From the IMG/VR virus record IMGVR_UViG_3300010158_000036, positions 45,332 to 109,331 of that record: a stretch of DNA of 64,000 nt; one strand, given 5' to 3'. The position numbers were made by a program, and so were the translations under genes. Numbering within the stretch: the first letter of the stretch is position 1; each line of letters opens with the position of its first letter. Of this stretch, positions 44,882 to 55,160 are shown piece after piece. The stretch is from a virus. The notes under the pieces were generated by a model. The model saw only the letters and a list, made by a program, of their open reading frames with translations, was not told where the DNA came from and did not search any database.

Positions 44882-45634
44882 TCAGTCCTCTGTGGATTCT
44901 GAAGTGCTCATAGCAGCATTTCTTTGAGCCATCGTAGAAAATCCTCCAGATTTCCTTTTCATATCTTTGAGGATTGCTTCGATATTATCACCGCCCTTGG
45001 CAGCTTTTATAATATCCCTATCCCGAGAAGACAATTTTGCTCCAGGATTTTCATGAGCAATTGTAATAATTTTCTTAATTTCAGCTGCCGTCAATTCCTT
45101 TACCTCGTTTCCGTCAAGATCATTTACATCATCTCCATAATGATTATAGAATTTAGAATCAATACCTGCCCAATAGAAATCCTTGAGTTTTAGATTTGTC
45201 TTCAGAGATTCTAGATTCTCTTTTGTAATATCTTTTTCTCTACACCAAAAGACAATCACAGTATGAGAAATATTTTTCGTCCAAATACGACCCGACTTAG
45301 TTGAAATTTTTGAATTACCATTAGTTATATTATCTATATTCTGTTTATCTATAGCATAGTCTGTATCTTTATCCGATAATTCTCCAAAACGTTTCAGATC
45401 TTTAGTTTTATAATTGGTAATAATATCCTGATATAAATTATTATGAGTTTCAAAGGGTCCAGAATTATAAACCAAGATCTCATCTGGTCCAATAAACCCA
45501 AAGGGACCTAATGATTCATGCCACCTAAAAACTTTACCATCAAAATAAGCTTTATCTGGTGTTGAATTATAAGCATTAAATTTCTTACTTGATTCGGATA
45601 AAATAGATAAAGCTTTTTTGATAATAGAATTCAT
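44882..45634 (-). CDS. late protein, paralog of 54287..55147
   Basis: SGRIW...VIVFWC.E.DI, FYW...DSKF; TATAAATA at 45641. Confidence 0.75.
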   Translation of the reverse strand: MNSIIKKALSILSESSKKFNAYNSTPDKAYFDGKVFRWHESLGPFGFIGPDEILVYNSGPFETHNNLYQDIITNYKTKDLKRFGELSDKDTDYAIDKQNIDNITNGNSKISTKSGRIWTKNISHTVIVFWCREKDITKENLESLKTNLKLKDFYWAGIDSKFYNHYGDDVNDLDGNEVKELTAAEIKKIITIAHENPGAKLSSRDRDIIKAAKGGDNIEAILKDMKRKSGGFSTMAQRNAAMSTSESTED

Positions 45635-45643
45635 ATAACTTAT

Positions 45644-46327
45644 TTATAAATTTTCAATGATTTCTTTTTTACTCGACTTCTTAACATCTTTCTCAATCTT
45701 AGCTTTTGCAACATTTCTTTTCTTCTCCCGAATCTTATTCCGATTTTCAAGACGTTCCATTACTTGATCTGTAGTAAACCATAAATCCTTATCATTTGAT
45801 AACTCTTCTAATTCCTTTTCAGTTAAGAAATCTGTATAAGCATCTCTGAAGATTTTTTCGGTCCAAGCTTTTTTATTCACAATATCTGAATACATTTCTC
45901 CTCCTTTGCCAATAGCTCCGCCAGAGTAATTATGTATGAGAAAGAGAGCAGAATTTGTCAACTCCCATTCATCAGCTGCAAGAAAGATGAGAGTTGCCGC
46001 CGACATACAAGCTCCTTCAACACTTACAATAATATGAGCATTTGTTTCTGATAATACTTGAAGGAATTGTACCGCTGAAAAAAGTTCGCCTCCTTTAGAA
46101 TTTATAATGATTCTAATCACATCAGAATCCCTTGCATTCCTCATTTCATGAAACCATTCAATATATTCAGATGGTTCTCCTATATCATCAACAAGATAGT
46201 ATGTTTTAACTGTACCATAATCATAACTAAATGATTCTCGTGGCCCAGTTTTGAGCATTTCCATTAAACCTTTTTGACCGTTATGGTTTTTAGACACTAC
46301 TGTACGATATTGTTTTATTGAGGACAT
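45644..46327 (-). CDS. ClpP-like serine protease
   Basis: INSKGG, ACMSAAT (Ser), IHN (His), DLWF. Confidence 0.88.
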   Translation of the reverse strand: MSSIKQYRTVVSKNHNGQKGLMEMLKTGPRESFSYDYGTVKTYYLVDDIGEPSEYIEWFHEMRNARDSDVIRIIINSKGGELFSAVQFLQVLSETNAHIIVSVEGACMSAATLIFLAADEWELTNSALFLIHNYSGGAIGKGGEMYSDIVNKKAWTEKIFRDAYTDFLTEKELEELSNDKDLWFTTDQVMERLENRNKIREKKRNVAKAKIEKDVKKSSKKEIIENL

Positions 46328-46386
46328 ATTGTGTATATTATGATTTTAAATAACAGAAAGCTCTAAAATAGGATGATTATAGATTT

Positions 46387-47160
46387 TCATAAGAATGGAT
46401 TCATTTCTAGGAGTGAATTGAATGTAGTTCTATCAAGATCCGACATTGGAAGTCGAATATGCAATTCAGAATAAAATCCTTCAGCTAGTTTTTGCGGATC
46501 AGGTACTATCTGAGTAATTCCAAGTACTCGATTCGTCCATTGTTCCCAGGCATCTTTAAATACAGTGTGAACCTTTATGCCCGACTCCCGCACAAGTTTT
46601 GCAAATAATACCTCATCATTTCCCCATCCAATTGCGATTAATTGTTGATTAATATCTCGGTGTCCATCCACATTTAAGCCGAGAGCCCATGTCCATTCAA
46701 TTAGTTCAGTGAAATCCATCGGCACGGGTGACATAACCTTAGACCATACATCATGATGAGCTATAATCGACCCCGTTGCGAGATGTTCTTCACTTCCAAA
46801 AGCTGATACTAGTTTATTATCGGGAACATCCTTAATAGCATTAAGGAAGCGTCTACTAGCTGGGAACTGATCCATACCAGTTACGGCAACAACCTCACCT
46901 GGGAATAAACGCGGTCCATGGATAATTGCCATAGTTGCCTTCCAATTTCTCCCGGGTGGAGGTGTAAATGGAACAGTGCTTCTATCTTCAAGAACACGTA
47001 CATCACCAGTCTTCGGAATCGCAGCTGCATTAGTACCATTTGATACAAATACTAGGCCAGTTTTAATTCCCAGCTTTGCCCACAGTTTCTCATGCATTTC
47101 ATAGAATCCTTCATAAAAAGGATTTCCATCCCACACTAACATTACTCTATCAATTTTCAT
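46387..47160 (-). CDS. putative glycosyltransferase-like protein
   Basis: MKIDRV....D.NP.Y..F, GMDQFP, WG.DE; in glycan cluster. Confidence 0.5.
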   Translation of the reverse strand: MKIDRVMLVWDGNPFYEGFYEMHEKLWAKLGIKTGLVFVSNGTNAAAIPKTGDVRVLEDRSTVPFTPPPGRNWKATMAIIHGPRLFPGEVVAVTGMDQFPASRRFLNAIKDVPDNKLVSAFGSEEHLATGSIIAHHDVWSKVMSPVPMDFTELIEWTWALGLNVDGHRDINQQLIAIGWGNDEVLFAKLVRESGIKVHTVFKDAWEQWTNRVLGITQIVPDPQKLAEGFYSELHIRLPMSDLDRTTFNSLLEMNPFL

Positions 47161-47164
47161 TAAG

Positions 47165-47935
47165 TTAATATTTCCAATTATTTGCTTCACGATCAAGATC
47201 ACTAACAACAGCCCCTGTGGCTGCATACGGATCCATGATACAAAGAGGGTGTTCTGCAAGCTCATGAGTGATGGTTAGTCCCATATTATTACAGATGAGT
47301 TCAAAATACTTCCATGTCAGATTCCGACATACATGTTCAGATGTCCATCCCATACGGGTTGTTAGCCAATTTTTCTCAGTCCATTGTCGGAGTTCTGGAA
47401 AGCTAGACTTATCACAACGGGTCAAAAACTTAGTTTTGTATAATGCTGTCATAGTTTTAAGCATCGAAATGCGGTCATTATGAGAAAGAGTAGCATACTC
47501 ATTATTGTATTGTTTAATGTCGATATCATAGAATAACATTCCATGCCAGTTGGGAATCCGTAAAACAGTCTCTGCATTACAGTTTAATGATGTGAATACG
47601 TTCTGTGGCTCATCTTCAAATGTATTAAGAGGACCACAATGTTTTAAGCTCTCACATATAAGAGTATCTACATGTGAGAATCTGAAATCTTTTAATCTCT
47701 CGGCAGTGCAATCAGCTATATCAGTTCCTAAACCTTTCCACATCTCTACTGGATTAAAGCATACCAACTCAAACGGATTTCCATTCAAACCATTGTAGGC
47801 TCTAAAATAGTTCAGAATGGGAACAATACGACAACTTCCTACTATACAGATTGTATAGAAGGATTTAGGATTACCAAATGAATATTCATTTCGTTCATAA
47901 TGTTCTCGAAGTATATTAGTTGTGATTGGAGTCAT
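47165..47935 (-). CDS. WcbI-like polysaccharide biosynthesis protein
   Basis: IVGSCR, RIPN, N....R...T..H. Confidence 0.5.
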   Translation of the reverse strand: MTPITTNILREHYERNEYSFGNPKSFYTICIVGSCRIVPILNYFRAYNGLNGNPFELVCFNPVEMWKGLGTDIADCTAERLKDFRFSHVDTLICESLKHCGPLNTFEDEPQNVFTSLNCNAETVLRIPNWHGMLFYDIDIKQYNNEYATLSHNDRISMLKTMTALYKTKFLTRCDKSSFPELRQWTEKNWLTTRMGWTSEHVCRNLTWKYFELICNNMGLTITHELAEHPLCIMDPYAATGAVVSDLDREANNWKY

Positions 47936-48591
47936 TAGCTTACAAGGATATCAAATTGTGGTTCAGTCCATTCAAGGTCTTGTGGATATATCTGAAAATT
48001 ACTATAACCGAGACTTTTGAGACGTTCAACAATATCATCAGCACAACATCCATTGGTTTTTAGAGCTTCAGAATTGATCTCGATAAACATAATCGGGCGA
48101 TGTTTTTTAAGGGTCTTCGATATTCCTTGTATTACGTCATATTCCCATCCTTCTGCATCTATCTTAATAAATCCTGGTGGGGGAAGATCAAGAAAATCTA
48201 AAGGAATTGCTGATACTTCAATAGAGCCATCAAATGTAACTCTAGACGCTCCCGCATTATCATATTGAGCAAGCCGGAGCTTTCCTTCCGCTGCGGAAGC
48301 TGCAATATTAAGCAGAGTGGCTTCTGGACAATTATGTGAAAGACACTTGAATGCGAGAGGATTTGGTTCTACTGCAACAACATTTTTTCCAAGGTCAAGA
48401 TAGAATCTTGTGTGATCTCCGATAAAAGCTCCGATATCCCATACTACTTCAATATTATCGAGCCACGGAGTCATGATCTCAAAAAGTGCAGGATCACATT
48501 TAATTGTTCCCCATTCACGAGACCATTTTGATATATGAGTATCATTAGCAATGACCCATTGACCGTTCGGCAATTCTTCGATTTCGTTCAT
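47935..48591 (-). CDS. FkbM-family methyltransferase
   Basis: DIGAFIG, VEPNP, FIKIDAEGWE, P..FIE. Confidence 0.92.
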   Translation of the reverse strand: MNEIEELPNGQWVIANDTHISKWSREWGTIKCDPALFEIMTPWLDNIEVVWDIGAFIGDHTRFYLDLGKNVVAVEPNPLAFKCLSHNCPEATLLNIAASAAEGKLRLAQYDNAGASRVTFDGSIEVSAIPLDFLDLPPPGFIKIDAEGWEYDVIQGISKTLKKHRPIMFIEINSEALKTNGCCADDIVERLKSLGYSNFQIYPQDLEWTEPQFDILVS

Positions 48592-49643
48592 GGTTGAAAG
48601 AATGGGATTTGATGTTCCTTTGAGATAACCAATGTATGCGGACCATAACATGTATAAATACGGGAGTTGCAAGGATTAGCAGTAATCCAATCTTTTAACG
48701 GCTGTCGATATTCATCAAAATTGGCATCATGAAATAGTACATATCGTGATGTATTAGCAAACATATAAAACCAGTCCAAACGATCATCGGCCTGATCATC
48801 AACAAGTACTACTCCCCATTGTTGTTTTGATAATTCTTCAAGTAATTCCCGGTTCTGTTTCAAGACTTCATGAGACGGACCAGAATAATTCATAAATTTC
48901 AATCTCCATTCATCATGCATTTCTGTCGTAACAAGATGATGTCCGAGTGCGGAACAGATAGCATGAAGACATGGTGTGGAGAAATGACCAGATCCGATCT
49001 CAAGTACTGGTCCATTACCAACGGCAACACACGCCATCAATGGTGGTAAATGACTTCCCCAATTTAAAGTTTCTATAGCAGGATTAGTTTCATTCATTTT
49101 ATTATTTCTTCTATTTATTTTATTTTTTTTAGATTTGATATTTCTGATTCTAAGAATGTCTTGGGGAATAATAGAAGAATCTATTATATCAATTGTGCAA
49201 TCCGGCCATAGAAGTCGAATAAATGTAGATAATCGAGTTTGATCCTCAGGATTAAAGAGACGTAGATCATCAATTAGAATAATATCATCAAAACTACGCG
49301 GACTAAAGCTCAAGGCGATAAGTTCGTTAATAAGTGGAAGGTCTGGTTGTAATAGATTGAAGTATCCGATTGGATGAGCATCAAGCCAAAAAGTTGCTGG
49401 AGCATCTAGTGTAGAAACAATATTGGCAAGAAATAAAGCTGAGTCTCCAAAAGCGAAAACAATGTTTGATGATTGTGGTAGAGGTTGATTAACATCCCAT
49501 TTATTATCCGATTCAAGATCAACAGTCCAGATTCGCTCAAACCCAGCCTCAAGTGCTGCTCGTACACCTTCCCCAAGATAAGTTCCTGTTTCTACAAATA
49601 TGGGGTTCAAATGAGCTCTAAGTATATCGGTATTTAATGGCAT
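48588..49643 (-). CDS. two-domain class I SAM methyltransferase-like protein
   Basis: FVETGTYLG..FWLDAH..ILIDD; second domain VLEIGSG.FST..VLVD..HD. Confidence 0.75.
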   Translation of the reverse strand: MPLNTDILRAHLNPIFVETGTYLGEGVRAALEAGFERIWTVDLESDNKWDVNQPLPQSSNIVFAFGDSALFLANIVSTLDAPATFWLDAHPIGYFNLLQPDLPLINELIALSFSPRSFDDIILIDDLRLFNPEDQTRLSTFIRLLWPDCTIDIIDSSIIPQDILRIRNIKSKKNKINRRNNKMNETNPAIETLNWGSHLPPLMACVAVGNGPVLEIGSGHFSTPCLHAICSALGHHLVTTEMHDEWRLKFMNYSGPSHEVLKQNRELLEELSKQQWGVVLVDDQADDRLDWFYMFANTSRYVLFHDANFDEYRQPLKDWITANPCNSRIYTCYGPHTLVISKEHQIPFFQP

Positions 49644-49644
49644 A

Positions 49645-50370
49645 TCAAATATTTATTGATAGTATTTCTTCTATTTGTTGTTTAATATCGGGGGTAACCC
49701 TACCCCAAGACCAAAATTGTTTGGCATATAGTTCAGGTAAAGGATCTTTAGATGAATCAATAAAATTAAATTTTTCAGGCATAAACTTTTCGGCAATAGC
49801 TCCAAGAATATTAAATTCGGATAGTTCTCTACCAGATACTTCATTAATAAATTGTGTAAAAGTTCTACCACAATTCTTTTCAATATGAGTTCTCGTAAAT
49901 TCCAATAAGTCTCTATTATATGTTAATGGCATACGTCGCATATATTCAAACTCTACTGGAAATCCTACCGCATTTTCTGTTATACTTTGCCACGGACACT
50001 CAATTGTATTATATGCGGTTTTAACTAGATTTATACAGCCCGACTCAGATATTATTAAATTTGGTGTTGTATCTCGTATGAAGATTACATCAGAATCAAC
50101 AAAACAAATTGCATCGGATTTACACCAAGTATCTGCCAACATTTTAGTCCCCTGTTGACCAACATAATCATCTGTGTTTAATTTATCACAAATATAAAAT
50201 TCAGTTCCAAATTCAGAAGCTATTGGCTCAATAACTATTTTTGATGATTCAGGAGTTACTATAATAATATTAGAAAAATTCTTACAAAATTTATGTATAG
50301 ATTTAAGACAATATGGTAACCATTGAGCATCTCCTACATATGTACGAATAAAAATATCTATTGTTTGCAT
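49645..50370 (-). CDS. glycosyltransferase-like protein (DUF6492-like)
   Basis: DIFIRTY, CLKSI, GQQ..K, VDSD, SEFN. Confidence 0.7.
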   Translation of the reverse strand: MQTIDIFIRTYVGDAQWLPYCLKSIHKFCKNFSNIIIVTPESSKIVIEPIASEFGTEFYICDKLNTDDYVGQQGTKMLADTWCKSDAICFVDSDVIFIRDTTPNLIISESGCINLVKTAYNTIECPWQSITENAVGFPVEFEYMRRMPLTYNRDLLEFTRTHIEKNCGRTFTQFINEVSGRELSEFNILGAIAEKFMPEKFNFIDSSKDPLPELYAKQFWSWGRVTPDIKQQIEEILSINI

Positions 50371-50385
50371 TATATTATATTGTTA

Positions 50386-50673
50386 TTATTCATGTAATTT
50401 TGGTTCTGTGGAGAATACAGCAGCAGCTAATTCTTTTCCACTAAGTTTACCAGATTTATACGCAACACGCAATTCATCAATAGTGTCATGCAATTCATGA
50501 ATTACATCTATAATCTTATCGTGCTTTTTAGTCATAAGTTCAGAATCCAAATTTTCAATTAGATCAAATAAATGATCATTAATGGATTTCTTCTTAGGAG
50601 ATTCCGATAATATTAATTTTCTCTTTGAAGGAATTTCCAGAATGGTTAATGCTGTATCGACAATAGACTTCAT
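50386..50673 (-). CDS. late hypothetical protein
   Basis: TATAAATA at 50679; ALTILE motif. Confidence 0.65.
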   Translation of the reverse strand: MKSIVDTALTILEIPSKRKLILSESPKKKSINDHLFDLIENLDSELMTKKHDKIIDVIHELHDTIDELRVAYKSGKLSGKELAAAVFSTEPKLHE

Positions 50674-50681
50674 ATATCTAT

Positions 50682-51368
50682 TTATATTTTTGTAACAGCA
50701 TCATATTCTTTTATAGCTTTACGTACTTCCGGTAACCATTTAAACGTATCTTCAATGAATATTAAAGGTTCTTTCTGATTTTCCACGGCCATTATAATTA
50801 CATTTTGTTTAATTGGAATTCCAGTTCTTTCATAAAATGCTGCTGCATAAAATGCCGCTTGAATAAAGTAATTATGAATCCAGGATCTAAGTTTTGCCTT
50901 GGAGGAAGTCTTAAAGTCTATAACAGATAACTCTCCATCATATTCAGCTATAAGATCAACTCGACCTGCGATTTTGAATATATCAGAATATAAAGGAACT
51001 TCTTGCATAAGAACCTTTCCTATATTTTTATTAAGAACGTTTTGAATAGATCGAAACAGTTCCTCCCCTTGGGTCCCTTTATTATCTCCAAGATAAGCTT
51101 TAACATTATTGAGATAATTCTCGGCAATACTATGCATCTCATTACCTCTAGTACAAGCCTGATTTGAGATTCTATCAGCTTCTATATCACCTACTCGTTT
51201 TCTCCATTCAGCAATTGAGTCTTTACTCTTAATCCCTAGTACAGTTGTAATAGAGGGATATTGTGCTCCTGATGGGGTTACATAAATTCTTGTTCCTTCT
51301 ATTGAAGCGTCTCCAAGAGTTTTATATCCAAGATCAATGGGTTCATGTAGAAATACTGGTCGTTTCAT
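50682..51368 (-). CDS. PD-(D/E)XK exonuclease (Cas4-like, T4-like phage type)
   Basis: YPSITTVL, RG..MH, E.PL, AGRVD, IDFKTS, Y..Q...Y. Confidence 0.9.
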   Translation of the reverse strand: MKRPVFLHEPIDLGYKTLGDASIEGTRIYVTPSGAQYPSITTVLGIKSKDSIAEWRKRVGDIEADRISNQACTRGNEMHSIAENYLNNVKAYLGDNKGTQGEELFRSIQNVLNKNIGKVLMQEVPLYSDIFKIAGRVDLIAEYDGELSVIDFKTSSKAKLRSWIHNYFIQAAFYAAAFYERTGIPIKQNVIIMAVENQKEPLIFIEDTFKWLPEVRKAIKEYDAVTKI

Positions 51369-51533
51369 TAATCCAAAAATATGTTCTGTTGAGTTTTCTT
51401 TTTATCTCTTTCTCGGCTTTTTTCCCACTTATCAGCTTTTCGTTTATTAAAGGATTCTGATTCTTCATAGTAATCAGACTGTTTAGTTCCAGAACCTTTA
51501 TGTTTCTTTCCCTTACTCATAACTCATATATTA

Positions 51534-51791
51534 TTACCTCGTCTCTATTGTACACCCTTTTCCAGAACCTTTTTTTACTCGCTTGAGTACATCATTCCAT
51601 TCATGCCCAGCTCTTTGAAGAACAGTCTTATTACCATCATAAGAAATAAAGAGTTTTCCAATAATTCGTTTAACAAACCCTAATTTATTACATTTTGGAC
51701 ATGGTAAAGCCGTAGGAGTATCTCTAAATTGAATCCCGTGAGTCTCCTCCCAAATTTCTCCACATTTTTCACATTGAAAATCATAGCGCAT
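51534..51791 (-). CDS. FmdB-like zinc-ribbon protein
   Basis: YDFQCEKCG...CPKC. Confidence 0.85.
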   Translation of the reverse strand: MRYDFQCEKCGEIWEETHGIQFRDTPTALPCPKCNKLGFVKRIIGKLFISYDGNKTVLQRAGHEWNDVLKRVKKGSGKGCTIETR

Positions 51792-51803
51792 AATTTTATA
51801 TAG

Positions 51804-52127
51804 TTAACAATCTAAAGGTTCTACAAACTTCCATTTCAATCCAACTTTATTCTCTGCAAATATATTCAATCGAATAAACTCTCCAATAGCCTCATCATAT
51901 ACTGTATAAAATGGGTCATAATGTTCTTCATGCCCGAGAAGAATAACAACATTATCAAAGCATAATTTATTTGAACCATCATAATACTTTACCATATATC
52001 TACCTCGTTTTCTAGGAAACTCGGAAGTCCATTCAACCATAAAAGAAAGGCCTTCTCTGAATTTCTTAGGGTCTGATCTATCTCGATCACCCTTTCCAGC
52101 TTGAGTTTGCCGTGGATTATTTCTCAT
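51804..52127 (-). CDS. hypothetical protein
   Basis: AGKGDRDR N-terminal motif. Confidence 0.6.
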   Translation of the reverse strand: MRNNPRQTQAGKGDRDRSDPKKFREGLSFMVEWTSEFPRKRGRYMVKYYDGSNKLCFDNVVILLGHEEHYDPFYTVYDEAIGEFIRLNIFAENKVGLKWKFVEPLDC

Positions 52128-52204
52128 ACATCAAAACATAAAGGGAAACAAAAGCTGATCTTCTGGATATTCTGTAGTAATAGACGTTTCATTATTATTT
52201 TGGT

Positions 52205-52666
52205 TCATACTTGTGTTGTTTCAGGATTTCCTAATAGTGTAGGAAAAGCTTTTATAACAAGATTTTTTGTACATAGAGGATACAACTTATGCAAAGTCTT
52301 ATCTTTTGCTGCACATAGAATTTCTGCATCTTTGGCAGAAATGGATTCAAGAATTCTGATAAACGACATCTCTCTTTTAATTGGAGTTATATTTGGTTGT
52401 TCTCTACACAATCTTGGGAGAATATCCAATTGTTTCTTGAGAGACATATACTGAAGGCCGTTCGGAATTAGGGATGGTGTATATGGAGGAGAACCTTCAG
52501 GTAATAATAATTTAATTCCAGGATGGAATGCTAATTGTAATAGTGTCTTTAATTCATATGTTGCATTATCTTGAAATATTTTTACTCTTTCAGATAGAGA
52601 TTTTGTATTCTCAAGCAATGCCAATATTTCATATGGCAGTGGTTCGATGTGTCGTCTATTAATCAT
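52205..52666 (-). CDS. conserved T4-like phage protein (DUF6433-like)
   Basis: LPEG.PPY, KRE..FI.ILE....DAE.L...KDK. Confidence 0.75.
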   Translation of the reverse strand: MINRRHIEPLPYEILALLENTKSLSERVKIFQDNATYELKTLLQLAFHPGIKLLLPEGSPPYTPSLIPNGLQYMSLKKQLDILPRLCREQPNITPIKREMSFIRILESISAKDAEILCAAKDKTLHKLYPLCTKNLVIKAFPTLLGNPETTQV

Positions 52667-52686
52667 AATAGTTTATGTATATGCTT

Positions 52687-53550
52687 TTATTTAACGAAAA
52701 AATCTTCTGTGCATTCAACTAGATTAACACATCTATTTGCAATAAGATAATTGAAAACTTTACTATTACCAACTAATGGTGCCGTGATATATGCATCCCA
52801 AATTTGTTTGGTAATAATATCAGGAATCTGAGATAAATCAATCATTTGTTTGTTGCGTTCGAAATGTTTATATTCTTCTTCACTAAGAACCGTTTCCATT
52901 TTATTTTCCTTATATGCAGGAAACCATTCATCAATCTTTTTAGATGAAATTGAAGTTTGTCGAACACCATCTACAAATACATTATCATCGGATTTTATAT
53001 TGGGTACACCATCCGAACTGCAGCCCCTCATTACTTGCTCCATTAAAAATTTCTGAGGATCCTTTTCAGTCAACATTTTTTTTGTAGTAGGAGAATACTG
53101 ATATACATTTTTATATTTTTGAAGCTGAATAAAGTCATGATCGGCTGATATAATCATAACATCTTCGTTTGCTCCAAATTCTTGTGTAGTCTCCACTAAA
53201 GTTGCGATAATATCGTCTGCCTCAACATTTGGTAAAGAAATTACCCGATATGGCATAAATTCTGTAATTTCATCTCGGACTTTTCCAATAATTCGAAAAA
53301 TTTCAGTCCAGTCCAAATTGCTCTTTTCTCGATTCTTTTTACGTCCCGCTTTATATTGTGGAAAATATTCTTTGCGCCAAGATCCTCCATCGCAACAAAT
53401 AATAGTTTGACCAAACTTGTCTCGATATTTGAGATTTAAGGCTCGAATATTGTTGAGAATTTGGTGACGTAAAAGGCCTTCGCAAATTTCATTTTTTGCA
53501 CAGACGAAAACTGTACTGATGCTGATACCGCTAAAATCAATAAGGATCAT
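52687..53550 (-). CDS. rnh: T4-type RNase H (5'-3' exonuclease)
   Basis: MILIDF, WRK..FP.YKA.RK, EADDII, SAD.DF.QL, DGVPNI.SD. Confidence 0.95.
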   Translation of the reverse strand: MILIDFSGISISTVFVCAKNEICEGLLRHQILNNIRALNLKYRDKFGQTIICCDGGSWRKEYFPQYKAGRKKNREKSNLDWTEIFRIIGKVRDEITEFMPYRVISLPNVEADDIIATLVETTQEFGANEDVMIISADHDFIQLQKYKNVYQYSPTTKKMLTEKDPQKFLMEQVMRGCSSDGVPNIKSDDNVFVDGVRQTSISSKKIDEWFPAYKENKMETVLSEEEYKHFERNKQMIDLSQIPDIITKQIWDAYITAPLVGNSKVFNYLIANRCVNLVECTEDFFVK

Positions 53551-53577
53551 TTTAAATAATATTGTTTGTTGTGTAAC

Positions 53578-53612
53578 CCTATTATAGCATACGTTTGAAA
53601 GATTGTAAACAA
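53578..53612 (-). promoter_or_regulatory. sigma70-type promoter for rnh
   Basis: GTTTACA-N17-TATAAT. Confidence 0.8.
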
Positions 53613-53617
53613 ATGGT

Positions 53618-54055
53618 TTAATTAATCCAAAGATCTTTTATGTGGATTGCATTGATTTTCCCTGCAATAATGCCGTTATAATATTCTGACCGGCGCAACA
53701 GCACTTCTTTAAGTATTTGGTGTTTCATTTCAATATAATTGAGAACACCTTTACTTTTTGCAAATTCTAGAATTTCTCTATGGAAATCATCCGGTCTCAA
53801 TTCAACTTGTTCTTTCACTGTTTCCGATGAACCGTGATAAATAGACCAATCAGACTCTATTATTTTTGTTCGTTTTCTTTTTTGTCCTTTGAGTGGTGGT
53901 AGTTTTCTTTTTGATAATAAGAGTTTCTTACCAATATATTTCATATTATTTGATATATCAGTAATCTCATAAACAAAGCCAATCATTCCTGCATTAATAT
54001 ATTCTTGGGCTAATTCTTGTGTAAATTCGACTCCTTGATATATCCATGAGTTCAT
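53618..54055 (-). CDS. GIY-YIG endonuclease (endonuclease II/DenA-like)
   Basis: GFVY.IT...KYIGKK, ESDW..Y.GSS, F.REIL, YYNG.I. Confidence 0.85.
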   Translation of the reverse strand: MNSWIYQGVEFTQELAQEYINAGMIGFVYEITDISNNMKYIGKKLLLSKRKLPPLKGQKRKRTKIIESDWSIYHGSSETVKEQVELRPDDFHREILEFAKSKGVLNYIEMKHQILKEVLLRRSEYYNGIIAGKINAIHIKDLWIN

Positions 54056-54073
54056 AGATTATATATCAAGTTT

Positions 54074-54277
54074 TCAATCCCAATCATAATCTTCGTCGGA
54101 ACAATATTCACCATGAGTTCCACAAAAAGGACAAAAATTAGGAACTCCTTCATCTATATCAAACCCTCTATCTGAATCTATGTCATCCTCAACACCATTG
54201 AAATATTTAATAGCATCATCATCCCATGAGATTTCATATACTTGTTTGCAAACAGAACACTTATTTTTTTCTATCAT
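54074..54277 (-). CDS. small acidic zinc-ribbon protein
   Basis: CSVC...FCPFCG. Confidence 0.7.
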   Translation of the reverse strand: MIEKNKCSVCKQVYEISWDDDAIKYFNGVEDDIDSDRGFDIDEGVPNFCPFCGTHGEYCSDEDYDWD

Positions 54278-54286
54278 AAATGTTAT

Positions 54287-55147
54287 TTATATGCCATCTT
54301 CAACTGATTCAGAAGTCTGAGTTTTTGCTTTCTTTTCTACAGGCGTTTTAAATCCTCCATGTGTTTTCTTTGCAATTAAGTTAGTTAAATCTTGATCCAT
54401 AGTGCCCGCTAATTTACCTGGAGAGAACTTTTTCAATACTTCTTTTTCTTCTTCGGTGAACTTTGCATTAGGTTCGAAATGTGCTCTAGCAAGAATACTA
54501 ACAATATCCTCATGAGTAAAATCCTTGTACGCTTTCTCCACTGTATTTTTGCCTCCAAGTTCTTTTACTTTATTACCATATACATTAAAGAATTTAGAAT
54601 CTAAAGCACACCAATAGAAACTCTTAAGTTTAAATTCATTTTTAATTGTTTCAAGATCGCTTGGTTTAATATCATTTTCTTTACACCAGAATACTACGAT
54701 CGAATCCTTTTTAGTACCTCTATTTTTCCATAGACGCCCCGACCTGGTTTTAATTCGTGTAAAATGATCAGCTAGTTTAAGGTGTTGATAGTTGATTGCA
54801 TACTCTAAATCTTTTTCTGTTAATTTATCATCTTTAGGTATATGTAATCTAAAATATTTTAAAAGCTTATCTATACTTGATTTGTTATAGTAGAGAAAAT
54901 ACGATTTTAAGTTTGAAAAAATTATAGTATGAGTTGCATTACGACCCTCCTGGCTATTTTTAATATATACCATTACACCTTCTCCAGACCCAATAAAACT
55001 AAATGCACTTGTCGCGTCGGGCCATCTATAATAATCATTTTTAAAGTCCAAATCATCTGGATCTGTACCCTGTATAGGAATCCGCTCAGAATCATTTATT
55101 GATTCTCTTAATATATTCTGAGCAATTGTGATTAAATGACTATACAT
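54287..55147 (-). CDS. late protein, paralog of 44882..45634
   Basis: SGRLW...IVVFWC.E.DI; TATAAATA at 55153. Confidence 0.75.
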   Translation of the reverse strand: MYSHLITIAQNILRESINDSERIPIQGTDPDDLDFKNDYYRWPDATSAFSFIGSGEGVMVYIKNSQEGRNATHTIIFSNLKSYFLYYNKSSIDKLLKYFRLHIPKDDKLTEKDLEYAINYQHLKLADHFTRIKTRSGRLWKNRGTKKDSIVVFWCKENDIKPSDLETIKNEFKLKSFYWCALDSKFFNVYGNKVKELGGKNTVEKAYKDFTHEDIVSILARAHFEPNAKFTEEEKEVLKKFSPGKLAGTMDQDLTNLIAKKTHGGFKTPVEKKAKTQTSESVEDGI

Positions 55148-55160
55148 TATTATATTTATA

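Noticed and set aside
50682-51368. Cas4 as evidence of CRISPR-Cas
   Set aside because: Stand-alone T4-like exonuclease without an Fe-S Cys set or cas neighbours.
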